A DNA stretch of 64,000 nt from the NCBI RefSeq assembly GCF_009914755.1, contig NC_060936.1; one strand, written 5' to 3'. Of this stretch, positions 28,890 through 44,725 are shown one piece after another. The position numbers and the translations under genes are program-made. The number at the start of each line of letters is the position of its first letter. Position 1 is the first letter of the stretch. Under the pieces are notes generated by a model that was not told the origin of the DNA, did no database searches, and worked only from the letters and a program-made list of their open reading frames with translations. This DNA is from the human T2T-CHM13v2.0 reference genome, Homo sapiens.

Positions 28890-31800
28890 ATGCTAAGGTC
28901 CTGTTACCAGCATTTCAGACATCTGCGTGCCCCCTTCATAACAGAGGACCCTGTCTTCGCGCCAATTATGCAATTCCTTATCCAAACCTCTTAATCCAAT
29001 CTACTCGCTTCATATTATTTGTTTCAGAAGAAATAAATGCCACCAACCTAAGTAGAAAACCAGTATCATTTAACCTATAAAAAAGTTGAGCATGCAAATA
29101 AATACAATTCAAATACAGTTTTAAAATTTCCACTCGTGATAATGGTGTTTTTATGGGGTTATGGTAAAGACTTGCTCTTTTTTTGATCAAAGGAGAGATT
29201 AGCAAGTGTTAGAAAGCTGTCACAGACAAGCTACCATCGACAGAGAGGCACCGTCCCATTGACTCAACACAGACTGAGATTGGAAACAGGAATGACTTCC
29301 TCAACACATGGATCGATGCCACGTCCACATTCCACCTGATACATATTCCTTTGTGTTCCACTCATATGCACGTTCTGCATATACGCACATGTCCAATGGG
29401 AAATGCTAACAGACTTGGGGCAAAAATAGACGCAGATGCACAATCATAAATCACATGGACAGAGGACACCCGCCCCCAGTTGGAGTTAAGGGGAGAGATG
29501 CAGAGAAAATACCTTGGAAGGATATATTGGGAGGGGCCCTCTAGAAATAGATGAGATGAGGTGACCACGACACCAATGTGTCAGGGCCGGGCGTACAAAG
29601 CAATGCTCCAAGTCATCTATGAAACACTGGACCCTGAACCTAAGAAGCACGGGAAGGGCAGCACCTCGCTTCCATGCCAGCCACATCCTGTGGACACTAC
29701 GCCGTCACCAACGAACAAAATCCATTGTTCATTTTTCCGCACTGAACGTATCTCTCCCTCAGGGGGAGAAAAATCCAAAATGTTATTTTCACAAGTTGCC
29801 TTACATTCTGTAAGAAAAATGCAGGCAGAGCAATTGCATAATCCAAAGAACCAATTTAAGGAGTTTTAGAAATGTAAACTATTGGCTGGGAACACTGACT
29901 TTCTAGGCAAAGCTCCACAAGTTATGCTGAAGCCCTTCTCGTCAGTCACCATGTAATTATCTTTGATTACTCGGACACTCATGGCGCCACCTTTCTCAAA
30001 GGCCCACGCAAACACACATCTGGAAGCCTGATGCCTTCCCGAGTCAGGACCCTTCTTGGCAGTCATCCGCCAGCAGCTGAGAGAGCCAAGAGCTCGGAGG
30101 CAGGGGTCCTGCTCCCGGCTTTGTGAGACGATGAGCAGGTCACTGACCCTCGTTGTTTCCCATGGACCCATTGGTAGCATGAGGGGGCTGACTGCAGCAC
30201 TGTAGCCTCAGCCCAGCTGTGATAACACAGGGTGTCAGGCTGCATCCAGTTTAACTTCTAGACAAGAAGTTCAACGCATGTATTCAACCCGAGTTTACAG
30301 AAAGCCCTGGATGAAAAAATCTCTCCAATCATCGGCATGACCAAACTCAGAGCAGGCTGAGCTTCCATATAAACAACTAAGGCTTGTCTTGGACTGAACC
30401 ATTTGAGACTGCTTATAAGTGAGCAGTCTGCATCCACCCAAATGACAATTTCCTAGGGTTCAACGTCATAAATATGGATTGTTTTCAAAAATCAAAATAT
30501 CATAGATATAAAAAGGGACTCCATGCCTTAAAAAGATTACATGTTTTAACTTTATAGAAATAACTCCTGATTGATATTATCTCTAAACTTGTATCTTCAC
30601 ATGTGAGTTATAGTAAAAACAAAGAAGAGACAAAGAATATTTCAGCCCCTCTCTGGGCACCCTCTCCCCATTTGCCTAGCCACAGTTCTGTGACCTCTCT
30701 GGCTGCATTATCAAAGTCACCTTGCTGGGATCCTTTCCTTGACTGTATGATTCTGGGTTATGGTCTCCATCTGGGTTTTTCTGTAGCATCCCCAGCTTCC
30801 TGCATCAAAACACGTTATGCTTTGCTGTGATTCTCTATGCACTCCAGTGTGTGATATGCCAGGGAGCAGAAATGACACGCAAGGCTTTTTTCTCCGCTGT
30901 ATTCACAGTCTTTAAGAGAGTGCCTGGTAAATGTCAGGTACTCAATAAATATTTGATAAACACGTGAATGAATAAATCAACATGTGGATTATGCTTTTTA
31001 TGTCACAAAGAGCAGATTCTGTTTTTACACTAGGATGTTATTCACTGTCCTCTTGGCTTCCATCACTGTAATCGGAATCCTGGATCCTTTTATCCCATTA
31101 AGAGCTCCGTGTAATCCTGGTGATACGGGACTAAGGAAGATGGGCCTCTCCATGTAATGAGACTCCTATAAGACCTACATCAGTTGATACAGTGTCCCCT
31201 ATTGTTAAAAACACATCTTGGCACCACTCAGAACAAGTACCTTGAGCTGCCTCAGCACTCTTTTGCCATTCGTGCTAGAAACAGCCAAAGCCAGACAACC
31301 AAATTACAGATGCTTAAATGTTAATGCCAGACACCAAGGCTCCGTGAACTTCCCTGTTGAACATCTGACCCCGACTACTTGAGGACATGAAACCTAACTG
31401 TGCAGCTAATTACACCTTCCAAGGGCAATGACATCGGGTCCTATGATTTTATTCAGGAAAGCAATAAGGCAATCGGGGTCACTGTGAACATCATTTGAAG
31501 GGAAGTAACTTCTTAGCTTTATTCCACAAATGGTCTATTAGTCATTTTGCCTGGTATCTGACCTAAATGTTTATTGCTTAAAATTGCTCCATTTTGACCT
31601 AAAGCTAGTGTCACTTCCTTTCTTTTTTTTTTTTTTAACTAATACTACAAAAATAATGCCAATTATGGTCCACGATGCACAGAATGAACGAAGTAAAACT
31701 CATTATCCTCTCATCCTTACAGGAATGGTTACTGTCACTAAAGGACATGATTTTTATTTAACATAAAAATTAGCAAAGTGTTAAATTACAAAGAAGCTAT

Positions 31801-32203
31801 ACACAGTAAATCTCAGCTAATAATTCGCTAAGGACAAAAATTACTTTTTGATTGGGTTCCGTGGCTGTAATTCTTACTTGAAGGAGAGTGACATGTTCGC
31901 ATCTTGAAGCAACTCAGTGGTCTGGGAGAGATTTTGTATTAATTTTAACATTTTTGAAAGGATCATTTTTCCCTGAATAATACTTTTTTAAAAAATATGG
32001 GAAGAAGGCAATTTGAGCACAAGACTCTCAGTTTTCCCCTATGTGGACTCAAAAGCAATAACTAATCGAATACGGTAATAGGCAAAAAAAAAAAAAAAAT
32101 CTACATCCATGCTGAAAATAAGGTACAATCTGCATGCCATAGACTGCAAGAATTACTGGGACTCACAAGGGACTCAAATACCTCACATAGAAAACAGAAT
32201 GAT

Positions 32204-32373
32204 TAGGGCAGCCAGATAAAACACAAACACCTAATTATGTTTTGATTTCCAATAAACAGAAATATTCCATAGGGCATGCTTATAATTAACAATAAATATT
32301 TTTAAATGGTGTTTTTCTGAAATTCAAATGTAGCTAGACATCTTGTGTTTTATTTCCCAAATCTGGCAATCCT
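32204..32373. mobile_element. MER53-like MITE
   Basis: Terminal inverted repeats agggcagccagataaaa...aaatctggcaatcct. Confidence 0.7.
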
Positions 32374-32929
32374 CAGCATGGTATTGTCATAGAAAGAAAA
32401 TAGTTGTCCGCTGAGTAGATAGCTGTAAGATATCTGATATCTAGGCAGCTGACAAATCTACCCTGATATCTGCAAGAGCAAAGGCCATGGGCCATGTGGG
32501 TGCTCCCGCACCTGACAATATTCCCAATGCTGGGAGGCAACCAGCTTTGCCATCAGCTGAATCAGAGACCCAAGCATAGGGGGCGCCGCGCTGCACAGAA
32601 AGCCCTAAAACATCAAGGCGTCTTGCTGATGCTGTTCTTCCCTAACAGAGACAGTGATGGGGGCAGGAGGTTTGACATAGCCACACTGCTCCTGGAATGA
32701 GTCCAAACCTAAAATCACTTACAGGAAACCAGTGCCCATGTGGCCCCTGCACCCAACTCACAGAAGGCACCTTGGAGCAAGGGATCTCCCCTGCTGGGCA
32801 TGTCAACACCCCAGAGCATCCTCACCGTCCCCCCAGGGATGCCGGGTCATATGGTAACATGCAACGCCAATGCAAACAAGGCTGCCCTCGGTGAAGGATA
32901 TGTAAATAAACAAAAACAGAAGGAGAACA

Positions 32930-35620
32930 GGACCTACCAATAAAAGCTGCAGAGTAACGAAGGAAATTCAGAAAGACATTCAAGAAGTAGAGGAATAACA
33001 TACCTTTGAAGAGTATTTACCATAGAATATTGAAGTACCTTTTATACAAAATGACTTCGGAGCTCACAATCATCAAGAAAAGCAGAGCCTTTGTTGTTTT
33101 GTAAGGAAATAAGACTGAGATGGAAGAAGATCCTGAAGTATTAAAAGTAAGGAATTTAAAATGGTTTCAGATGCAATAACACAGATTTGAAAAATGCAGA
33201 AAATTGAATTTATCATATGAGAATGGGAGCTTTTGAAGCTTTCCCTACAGCTAAATAGAAAAGGCGAAGCAATGGAAATGATCAGTAAGAGGCTGTAACC
33301 ATGTGAGACGCACATTAGATGTTCAATATTCAGATGATGGAGCTCCTAATGAAGACACCAGGAAAATGCAAAAGCAGCAGCATTAAAAGGCAAAAAAAGA
33401 AACGAAAACATTCCCGGGTTTATATACATATACAAATTCAAAGTAGATCTTTACATTTCCCTGATTCCAGAGAAAACCGAAAAGACCACCTTTTAGGTAT
33501 TTCTAAAAAACACAGTTGCATCAAGGGTAAAAAGTAATTCTATAAGCATTTAGTTAAAAGTAAAATTTTAAAAACTAAAAACTAAGAAAAAAAATCAGAT
33601 TGTCTTCATTTGCATCCACTGTACAAAATTAGATATTAAAAAATAATGATAAATATTCACAGAAATATGATGAAGGATGTTCTAACTGAACAATTATCTA
33701 ATTGAACAATTATTTGCCCTCAGGATTTTTCTGGTAATTGTGAGGACAACAGAAAGAAACAAATGTATACCATATCTTCTGTTGCTGAAAAGAACACTGA
33801 AGCATATTATCTGGGACACCAGAAGGTTAATCAAAGTGCAGTACTCAAGAATAGGAAAATCATGTTAAATGAGAACCAGATAAGCACTGAAAACATTTAC
33901 ATGTAGAATACATTCAGATAGAGAGTTTCAAATACAGGCAAAACCCCACACATTGAAAATAGTAATAAAAAATTCAGAATCCAAACACTATAAGTAATTT
34001 AAAATTTATAAACTTAAAAATGCCAATAGACTTAGGGAACAAAAGAAAGTTAAAGTGGACTAAATTTGTATCTTCATAAGAGATATCAGTAGATATGGCT
34101 TTATTTTAGTCAATGACAACCAAATAAAAATATGTCCAACTATACTTTTCTGATAACTTAAATTTTGGTTTCTATGCTTATAGATTAGTGGGAAGAACTG
34201 AGGAGAGAGGACAGAAACAGTTTACTGAATAATCTATTGAATGCACAGATAAACAAAAATAGAAAACAAAATATGACAGAAGAACAAATTTATGAGTTAT
34301 GATATTATATATAAGTGGCTTAGATTATTCCATTAAAAGACTAAGATTCTCGAGCTGGCTCAAAAGTTAAAAGAAAAAAAAGTTAAGCTATAAATTGTCT
34401 CCAGGAGAACTTAAATAAGTTGACTGAGGTATTTTAAAAATTAATGAATAAATAAACAACAAAAAGAATAGGCATAGATATTCTATAGAGAAAGAAAACT
34501 GGGGTCACAACTTTAATACAAAAAAAGTAAAATTCAAGATAAAAATAAGTAACTGAATTAAAGGTCTTAATTTTAATAAAAGACACAATTCACAATGCAT
34601 AAATAGTTGTAGATATTTTATGCAAGTATATACAGCCCCCAAATTAATGTAACAAAAATCTCTTAAAATTACAAGTAGAAATTGATAGTAACTAAAATTT
34701 GCTTAAATGTTACATACCTCCTTTTCTGGTCTCTGACTTATGAAGTATAGAAAAGTAAATAATGACATGAAGATATAAATAACTAATGCTATTATAATCT
34801 CTATGGAGAATACACTCACTTAAAGTGTTCATGGGACCTTCCCATAAACTAATCATATATAAGGCTACAAGGAGACAATAATAATAATAAAATACAGAAA
34901 TAATTTAAATGATATTCCATGATCATATACACGAGAATATAATTTCATAAAAACTATGAATTTATATTCATAGTTGAATAAGAGAAACCCAACTACTTAA
35001 CAGTTCTTGAATCAAAATCAAAATAAACCTTTCCATTATACTATATTTACAAGCTGCTAATAATGGCAATACTACTACACATCAAAACATATGTGAAGCA
35101 GCCAAAGATGCAGTCAAAAGCAAATTCATAGTCTTCAATAGTATCATTATTAAACGAAATAAAATTGATCAACTAAACACTCAAAATGAGAAACCCAAAA
35201 CAAAATCTAAATGAAGAGCTCTAAAGAAGCATTAATAAAAACAAAAGTAGGAAAATAACAATGTAAGACAACAAAATTGAGAATTAAATCAAAGAGGTGT
35301 TGCATTAGGAAAAATATATATATATATAATATATACTATATCTATAATAACATTGTAATATAATATATAATAGTATATATTATATATGTATATAATACAT
35401 GTATATATGTGTATATAATATATATGTTTATATATGTGATAGATTGTTAAAAAATGAACAAATCATACATTTATAGTAATAGATTGTTAAAAATGAACAA
35501 ATCATGCATTTATATAGTCTCTCATACAAAAATTTCCATAAAATAAACAAAAAGGAAGGGAAAGAAAAAGCTTGTGTAATTCTAGAAAGCAAGTAAAAGT
35601 TAAAATCCAAAGATTGGTAT
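32930..35620 (+). mobile_element. Highly diverged L1ME-type remnant (ORF1 to ORF2 region)
   Basis: Long A-rich strand bias with L1-like motifs (ttattccattaaaagactaagatt, gcagccaaagatgcagtcaaaagcaaattcatag). Confidence 0.6.
35313..35438. repeat. (TA)n-rich simple repeat
   Basis: Degenerate TA/TATG run. Confidence 0.9.
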
Positions 35621-36095
35621 GAAATTCTAAAAGACACACAGTAGCATAGAGGGGCTGTCTGGTAACTGCACTCTCAATTTTTCTATAGAATATCTTATTT
35701 TTGTCTGCTTTATCAGTTTCTGAGAAAAAGAATGTGTTGAAGCTGTCCCCAATACTTTTGGAAAAGTAAAGTTCTTGTATTTGAAACAGTTGACTCATAT
35801 GTGCCATCAATATGTTGGACAGTATACAAGTATCTTCACCATTACATTTGGAGACCATGAAGGTATCTTAAGAGCAAGATACATTTCTGTCTTTATCAAT
35901 TCATGGTATCATTCCCAACACAGATATTTGTGCTGGACGCAGTGCTGGGTGCAGGGGAAACAGAATTCAACAGGAAGAGCCAGATCGCTATCCTCATGAG
36001 GCTGGCATTGGAGTGAGGGGGACTGATTAAATATCAAGAAAAAAATAAACACCTGTCATATAATTTCATAAAACTGTAAGTATGAAATAAAACAG

Positions 36096-36422
<327 letters not shown>

Positions 36423-36583
36423 TTATCTAGCCAATCAAATAAGCTGAAGACCAACTTGAGACAGGAAGAGGGGAGTGATATATTCCCAAACACACTAATC
36501 CTATTTAGCCTTTGTGAGTCCTGACCCTTCACCAGCTAAATACAAAGCCTGGAAATTAAAGTGGAAACCACACACCCTCTGTG

Positions 36584-36750
36584 AGGGATTCTCAACCTCA
36601 GCACTGCTGAAGACCAGCCTTGGTCATGGGGGCGTCCTGTGCCTTGCTGAATGTCTATCGGTCTCCCTGACCCCTGCCTAGGTGCCAGCAGCTGCCACCC
36701 CCAGCCCAGCTGTCACAACCACAAATGTCTCCAGACCTTACCAAGTGTCC
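36584..36750 (-). mobile_element. MER20 fragment
   Basis: ttctcaacctcagcactgctga...acaaatgtctccagac. Confidence 0.7.
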
Positions 36751-36772
36751 ACTCCAAGTAGAGGCTCAGGTA

Positions 36773-36779
36773 AAAAAAA

Positions 36780-36810
<31 letters not shown>

Positions 36811-36970
36811 CACACACAGTGCACTCATTTAACTAGGAATTCCAGAAAAAAAAAAAATGAATACTTTGTAGTGTTAGTCCCCAATATTCCAGAGAACATT
36901 ATTTTTTGTCTAAAAATCACATTTTACAGGACACCATGTACTTTATTTGCTACATCTGGCAACCCAACTT
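36773..36970. mobile_element. MER53-like MITE containing polyA and (CA)n runs
   Basis: A run and (CA)n at 36773-36818; the element ends tttatttgctacatctggcaaccc. Confidence 0.6.
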
Positions 36971-38429
36971 AGGGAGAAAACCACTCCAGTTGGAGAGCTG
37001 GTGCTTCAGCTTTACAGTTGAGGAGACAGTACATACCTAGATGGTACATCATAGATAATACGTTGAAAAACCACATCACATGTCCTAACCATGCAGATTA
37101 GACAGGGAACGACTGTATCAGAACTTTCCAGAGTGAGTGTGGAAGACCTACTCAGATGAGACCATGGACATCAGGCGCTATTACACCAGACTCTCAAGAT
37201 AGAAAGAAACGTCAAGCCAAGCTCAGAGTGATATATTTTTTCCTTAAAAATTGACCAAGAGTTTTTTAATGGTAATGGACTGAGCTGCTGCAAGTTTCAT
37301 AACAGCAATGCTCTCATATGGAACTCAAGAAGAATCATGGTCGGGGTCAAATTTCTGGGAGATGATTTGACAATGCCTAAAAGAGGCTTGAAATTTCCTG
37401 TCTCTCTGCCCCATTCATTGTATATCTAAGAATCCATTGTGAGGAAATACAGAAATACTCTGAAAAATTTATAAGAATGTTGAGTGCAGTGCCAGCCATA
37501 AAGCTGAAAAATCAGCTACAAACTATAGATCCAAAGAAAGGATATGTAACTATTTATTAGAATAGACAAGGAAATCTATTTCTTGGTAGAAAATAAACTA
37601 CAATTTTTGTCTTATGAGACTGTAAAAAACTCTGTTCAGCATCCTCTTAACTACCACCTTCTCCTCAGATTCTGAATTTCTTTGCTTCGCACCAAAGAAG
37701 TAGAAGCAAAAGGTTCCCAAAGGAAAACATCTCAGAATGTTGGATTCACCGGAGTGTGCCTCCTTCCTCCTGACGTCTTGGATTTTTAATATCCTGTGTG
37801 CCTCCAAAGCTCTCTAATGCCTTTAATGCATGTTTTTTTGTTGTCGTATTCTTCAGCTTTTCTACTTGTTCTCAGTAGGAGGTTTGACCTAGTGGCCTGA
37901 AGCAGATATCACATAAATTATTATTGACTGAATAAAGAAAGAGGATGTTTAGCTTATAACACAAAAATGTATATCATATTTCATAGAATCTCAGATCCTA
38001 TTAATTTTAAAGTAAACCATTATTTTATGTACCACTAAGAGGCTGAGCTATGACACAAAAATTGTAATCTCTTAGAATTTTTACTTTATACTCATTGAAA
38101 ATTTATTTTAAAAGCATTTACATATAGAAGTGCTTAAGACATGAACATTTATGACCAGCCCTAGCAAATGAACTGAATCCCAAGTAATTTCAGGACAAAA
38201 GAAATGTGAAAAGATCATAAATTTTAAGACATATTCTCATTTCAGAGATAGCAAGTATGAAAAGAAAGTCTCAGAATCAATGAAATGTATACAGTATACC
38301 CACATAAAGGAAAAACTGAAGAGAAGTATAGCAACCATGAATAATAGTTGTATCCACCTGGTGGGATTTGGGGTGTTAATTTTCTTCCTAAGTGTTGTGT
38401 TTTCCTTTAAATTTTCCCATTATCGCTAA

Positions 38430-38755
<326 letters not shown>

Positions 38756-38994
38756 GATTATTTAATTGGAAAAACATTATGCAAAATATCTCTTGCCTAT
38801 TTATTTTATCTATTTTATTGCAAACACTTAAGGCATTTCAGAGTGTCTTTCTTAGGATCACTTTTAAAACTTGAATGTAAGACAAACTAGGTCCAGAAAG
38901 AGGCGAACACTTGAAAGCCCGCAGCCATGCTCCTCTCCCCTCAGGCTTCGCACCTTGGTATTCTTCCCTTCCGCCGCCTCCTCTCAATGTCAGT

Positions 38995-39162
38995 GTGTTC
39001 AGCCTTAGTGCGCACGCTGCCTCTCCCATACCCACGCGCATTCCCCGGCTGTGTTCAGCCTCAGTGCGCACGCTGCCTCTCCCCTACCCACGCGCATTCC
39101 CCGGCTGTGTTTAGCCTCGGTGTGCACGCTGCCTCTCCCCTACCCACGCGCATTCCCTGGGT
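38995..39162. repeat. 56-bp x3 CpG-rich minisatellite inside an L2 fragment
   Basis: Units start at 38995, 39051 and 39107: gtgttcagcctYagtgcgcacgctgcctctcccMtacccacgcgcattccccggct. Confidence 0.95.
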
Positions 39163-39599
39163 AACCATATCCACTCTCTAGGCTTCGATTTGCATCTCCA
39201 GACTGGAACTCTTCCTCAACCTCCACTAAAAAATCCCTCGTCCTTCTCAGCACCTTCCCTCAGAGATCTCACAAGCATCCAAAACTTGAAATGTAACGCT
39301 TCATTGGCCCCCTAAATACACTTGCATTGGTCCCCCTAAAACCTCTCTTCTCACCGATGTCCCAGCTCAGAAAATGCAACTTCCGTTGTTCCGGTATCAC
39401 ATGCCAAAACCTTGGCGCCATGCATGGCTCCTCTCTGCGTTTCACATCTGTGTACAATCCACAACATAAGCTCTTGGCTCTATGTGATAAATATATCTAG
39501 AATCTGAACTCCTCTCCGCTCCCAGCAGCGCTATCAATCAGGTTCCAGGTGGAAAGCACTCAGCCTGCTCAAATGGGCGGTTGTTTAAACATGGGATTA

Positions 39600-39933
<334 letters not shown>

Positions 39934-40201
39934 TTATTATATATTCATATTATAAATATATATTATATATTTACATTATATATTATATAAAGGATTATAA
40001 AAAATCCATGTGTATAATGAATGAAAATAGGACTATAACAGGTAAAAGTTGATAGTGTCCTTTGGATCAAAGTCCCAGGGTTGTGCTAAAAGTGAGAGAA
40101 GTCGAGGGCTTCCTGAATGTTGAGCCCCAGAGTTGGAAACCACCTTGTGGAGCATCTGGGAAAGTCTCCAGTACATCCTCAGGTTATTTCTTATTTAGTA
40201 A

Positions 40202-40583
<382 letters not shown>

Positions 40584-40624
40584 TTTATCTTTCTTCTTAA
40601 CAATAGAACTCAAGTTTTAATTAG

Positions 40625-41205
40625 GGGAAGAGCTACATTTCCAAGTCTCCCTTGCAGGTGGGAGTGGCCACCTCCATCACTGCCTGGTGGAGCTTGCTGC
40701 GCTCCTGAAATGTCTTTGTGCAGTGCAGTGGAACGGGGCCACGCACCACCAGTGGTTACTGGGCACTGAAAGTATGGCTGGCGCTACCAAGAAACTGACT
40801 TTTAAATTTCAATTAATTCAAGCTTGAATTTGAAGAGCCACATATGACCAGTGGCTACCATACTGGACGTCTCTAGTCAATGGGATGTGGGCAGCATGGT
40901 GTCTGGAAGATCTGAAAAGCGAGTGGGTGGGATAGCTGTGGGCTGCGTCCTCTCCTTCGCTTTCTTCCTTCCTGCTGTGTAGGAAGCAGACTGGACAGCT
41001 GCAGCCAGAAGGAACGTCTCAGACTTTGAGGAGGGAGGCTTATGTTGAGAAAAGAAGAGTGATAAGACAGAAAGGGGCTGCCAACCCAAGTGACCTTAGT
41101 GCCATCATGGGAGCCTGGATGCTTACGTGAGAGAAGGAATTTCTACTCCGATTTAGCCACTGTTACTTAGCAGCCTCGTCACTCACAGCTGAGCCTAACC
41201 CTGAC
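40625..41205 (+). mobile_element. MLT1-like LTR with a nested MER3/MER33-like element (~40720-40870)
   Basis: ctacatttccaagtctcccttgcag...caatgggatgtgggcag. The nested piece carries agccacatatgaccagtggctaccatactggac. Confidence 0.6.
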
Positions 41206-41254
41206 TTTAAGACAGAGTCCTATTTTGGGGAACTATGTTCAAGCCACGAGATCT

Positions 41255-41427
41255 TCGTGTGTGACCTTCACACAAGTAGCAGCAGCACCTGGGAACGCGC
41301 TAGGATGCACATTCTCAGGCCCCTCCCCAGACCCACTGATTCAGATGCTCTAGGGGCCCAACCTCCAAAATATTTGCTTTAACAATATCCCAAGAGTCTG
41401 ATATGTGCTCAAGTGTGAGAAACACTA
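41255..41427. mobile_element. MER5A
   Basis: agcagcacctgggaac...attctcaggcccctccccagacccactgattcaga...tgagaaacact. Confidence 0.75.
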
Positions 41428-41902
41428 TTCAAGCCAATTTCTGTACAGAGTAGTATGTAAACATGGATACCTGACTGCACAAATATATAAAAATCCATTT
41501 GCAGAAGAATGTTTTTGTTGCTTAAATGTAGGTCTCTCTGATCTCAGATTTTTGGTTTTTTGTTGTTTTTTTTTTTAATAAAAATTGCAAGATTACCTCA
41601 AGTAGTGTATGCAAAGGAGCTTTGTGTGTTTTGGGAAGGAGGAGGGAAAACAAATCCAAGGCAACTTTTTTTTCTTAAACCATAACCAGCCAGACACAGC
41701 AGACAATCTGATGAGCAGCTTTGGTCTCATCCTCACCTTGTGTGTCTTGCTTGAGCTTTTACCTACAGATTTCACAGCTGCACTGATGAACTCAGCTGGT
41801 AACTGTGGGTGAGAGGCAGGTGTGTGAGTCCCAGCCACCATCTGTGAGATTGCAAAGAAACAAACACAGAGACAAAAACCTTCTGGTCTCCACTGAGTTC
41901 AG

Positions 41903-42070
41903 TGCTTCTCCAACATTGGCCTACATGTGACTCATCTACCCAGCAGGCTTGCCGTGGCTGGGCCCCACCCCCAGAGCTTCTGTTCAGCAGGTTTGGGTGG
42001 AACTCAAGAATTTGCATTCTAACAAGTGATGCCGATGTGGCTGGTCCAGGGACCCTGCTTTGAGAATCAA
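41903..42070. mobile_element. MER5A
   Basis: ctgggccccacccccagag...aagaatttgcattctaacaag...tttgagaatc. Confidence 0.75.
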
Positions 42071-42624
42071 GTCCTAATGCATTCCTAGGTCTAGAAACTC
42101 ACCTCGAAACTGTTGAGAGAACATAGATGGATTTAGTGGCACCTTTGGGACCCCAGGTAAGGTGATAGACAAAGTCCACGGGAGGAAGCACCTCTGACTG
42201 TGGCATCCTGCCCTTGCCTACCTCCCTCCAACCACACTGCTCTTCATCCTCTTCCTCACGTGCACTGAACTCAGTCCTGCCCCCGGGGCCTTTGCACTGG
42301 CTGTTTCCTGCACCTGGAGTGCCCATCCCCAGGCCCCTTGCAGCTTGAGCTCTTTCACCTCATCCAGTCTCAACACAAATGGCCCCTCCCCAGAGCAGCA
42401 CTCCATGACCACTGAAGTAACCCTTCCTCCTTCTGCCATATGCCCTGGTTAGTTTATTCACATCTGAAATGGTATTTTCTATTTTTTTCTTGAGTAAAAT
42501 CTGCAGACCCCCCTTTAATGGGTCAGTGGAAGCAGAGATTTGAATTGCCTCATTCAAGACTGTCATTCGGGCTGCAGGACAATGCCAGGGCACAGATGGA
42601 CACTGGGCCAGGGTTTGAACAACA

Positions 42625-42900
42625 CAGGTGGGAAAGTGGGGAGGTGTTGGTCAAACAGTACAAGCTTCCAGCCATGCAGGAGGAAACAGTCCTGGACCGC
42701 TAATGTACAGCATAGAGACTGCAGTAGACAGACTAACATGTATCATATACTTGCCATCTGCTAAAGTATCAGATCATAATAATCAGCTTGATTTTGGTAA
42801 TATTTCACAGTGTATATGCATACTAAAACATCACACTGTACATTGTAAATATATACAATTTTTATTTTATTGAGGCTAATTATAACTCAATAAATCCGGG
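42625..42900 (+). mobile_element. L1MA-type 3' end fragment
   Basis: gtgttggtcaaacagtacaagcttccag...aaaacatcacactgtacattgtaaatatatacaattttt. Confidence 0.7.
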
Positions 42901-44725
42901 AAAGAAATTTTAGAAATGAATGGATAAAGGAAAAGTCATTGAAGAAAATAACTCAGAGTTCTGTCTCACGGTCGGAAGCCCACAGGCCTGCCCTTGGGAA
43001 TGTCACCAATGCGGAATCTCCCTGAAAGCCCATTGAGACAAAGTCTAGTGAGGAGGGTGCAGTTTGGACACAGAGCGCTGACTTTATCTCGTCTCCAGCC
43101 TAACAATGCGTAAGCCGCTCCCCATCCTCACCCCCATCAGGCAATCAGTATGCAGGGAAAGAACTTCATTAAGCTGCTTTATATTAAAACTAGTAGAGTG
43201 TTACATCTCATAATTTTTTAAAAATGGTTTATATTAATGTTTAATTTGTTTAGGGATTTAACAGCTTAAAGAAATCCACAAAACAACTTTTTTCCTTCCC
43301 CATTTTCTAAGGGCAAAGTCATTTTGAGGGATGCAATCAATATGCCATAGTTCCTGAACAAATGTAAGAGAGACAGAGAAAGGTAAGGGGAGGAGGAAGA
43401 GGAGCATGAGCAGGAGAGAGAGAAGGGACAAATCACACAACGGAAATGATACCAAGCAGCTACCTTCCCCAGGCCAAGTTCATGCTGAGGTCCAAGGCCA
43501 ACTCAGGATCAGGAAAAAAGTCAGAGGTGCCTTATCGTTTCACGGGTGGTTCAGAGGAGAGTTTATTTACCAGGAGAGAATGAAGGAAAAATCTGTGCTT
43601 CAGTGAAAACTGATGCACACCTTTCTAAGTTTTCCAGTTCTGATTGTATGGGAGTTAAGACTCTGTAGATAACCGATACCAATTCAAAGTGATTCTTGCC
43701 TATAGTCATGCAAATCATTTCTATCTGGTACAGGGATAACCCACCTGTACAGGGTGGGATCAACCTGCACATGTGCAATTCAACGTTCCTTTACTCCACG
43801 GAAATCTGTGCCTCTTCGACTTCTCCTTTGAATATGTTATAACATCTGTCTGATGTCCTCGATTAATGAGTTAAATAACAAAGTTCACATATGCTTATTT
43901 ACATCTATATGAGATTCATGATTTTACCTTTTTGTGAATATCATCTTTTAGCAAAGAGGAAGAGGAGACGCTGGTGGCATCTTCAAGTGTCCAAGCCTAG
44001 GCTATGACGCTAGGAGTCTCACTGAGCTCTCTCCTGCCAGGCACGGCTGCACGTCACTGAATTACCCACTGGGGCCCATCAGGGACCTGCAGTTAAGGCC
44101 ACACGCATTGCCACGCAGAGAGGGTCACGAGGCTAGCGACTGCAGGAGGCTGTAGACGATCAACCTAAACAAAAGTCCTCTGAAAAACTGGACCAATAGG
44201 CGTCCAGGTAGAAAGCGGTAGATAAATCTCACTTTTTCACGTGCATCGTCCTAAAGTCTCCTAACTCCAGAGAAAGGCAGAATCTGGGGGAATTTCAGGA
44301 ACTGCTTTTCTATTCTGAGTAGCTTCAGACTTGCAGTCTGAAGTGTGGTTTGAGTGCAATTTTAAAGAGATGAAACTTGGACAGAAGGAAAACAATGCCG
44401 CCTGGGAAATGGCCCAATCTCCTGTATGCAAGGGAGTCCCCGATGATGGATCAGATCTGCTCAGGCACATGCTCTGGCTCAGTTCCTTGGAAAGGTCAAT
44501 GAGGTTCCCATCAGCAAACAGCCTGTGAAAAGGGCTTCAGAAGTCAAGAGAACACGTGGGAACGCCTGTGAGGGTCAGGGCAACTCTCTCTGAACAAGTA
44601 GTTAAATTAGAACATGCGTCTCTTTGGAAACCACAGCTGACCTACAAGGTGCACTGAATTTAGCCCAGAAATTAGAAACGCCAAAATGAATCCTAATATA
44701 ATTGACCAGATTTCCTAAGAGTGGT

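Noticed and set aside
29980-29998. Possible CTCF site (ggcgccaccttt)
   Set aside because: Only half of the core motif matches.
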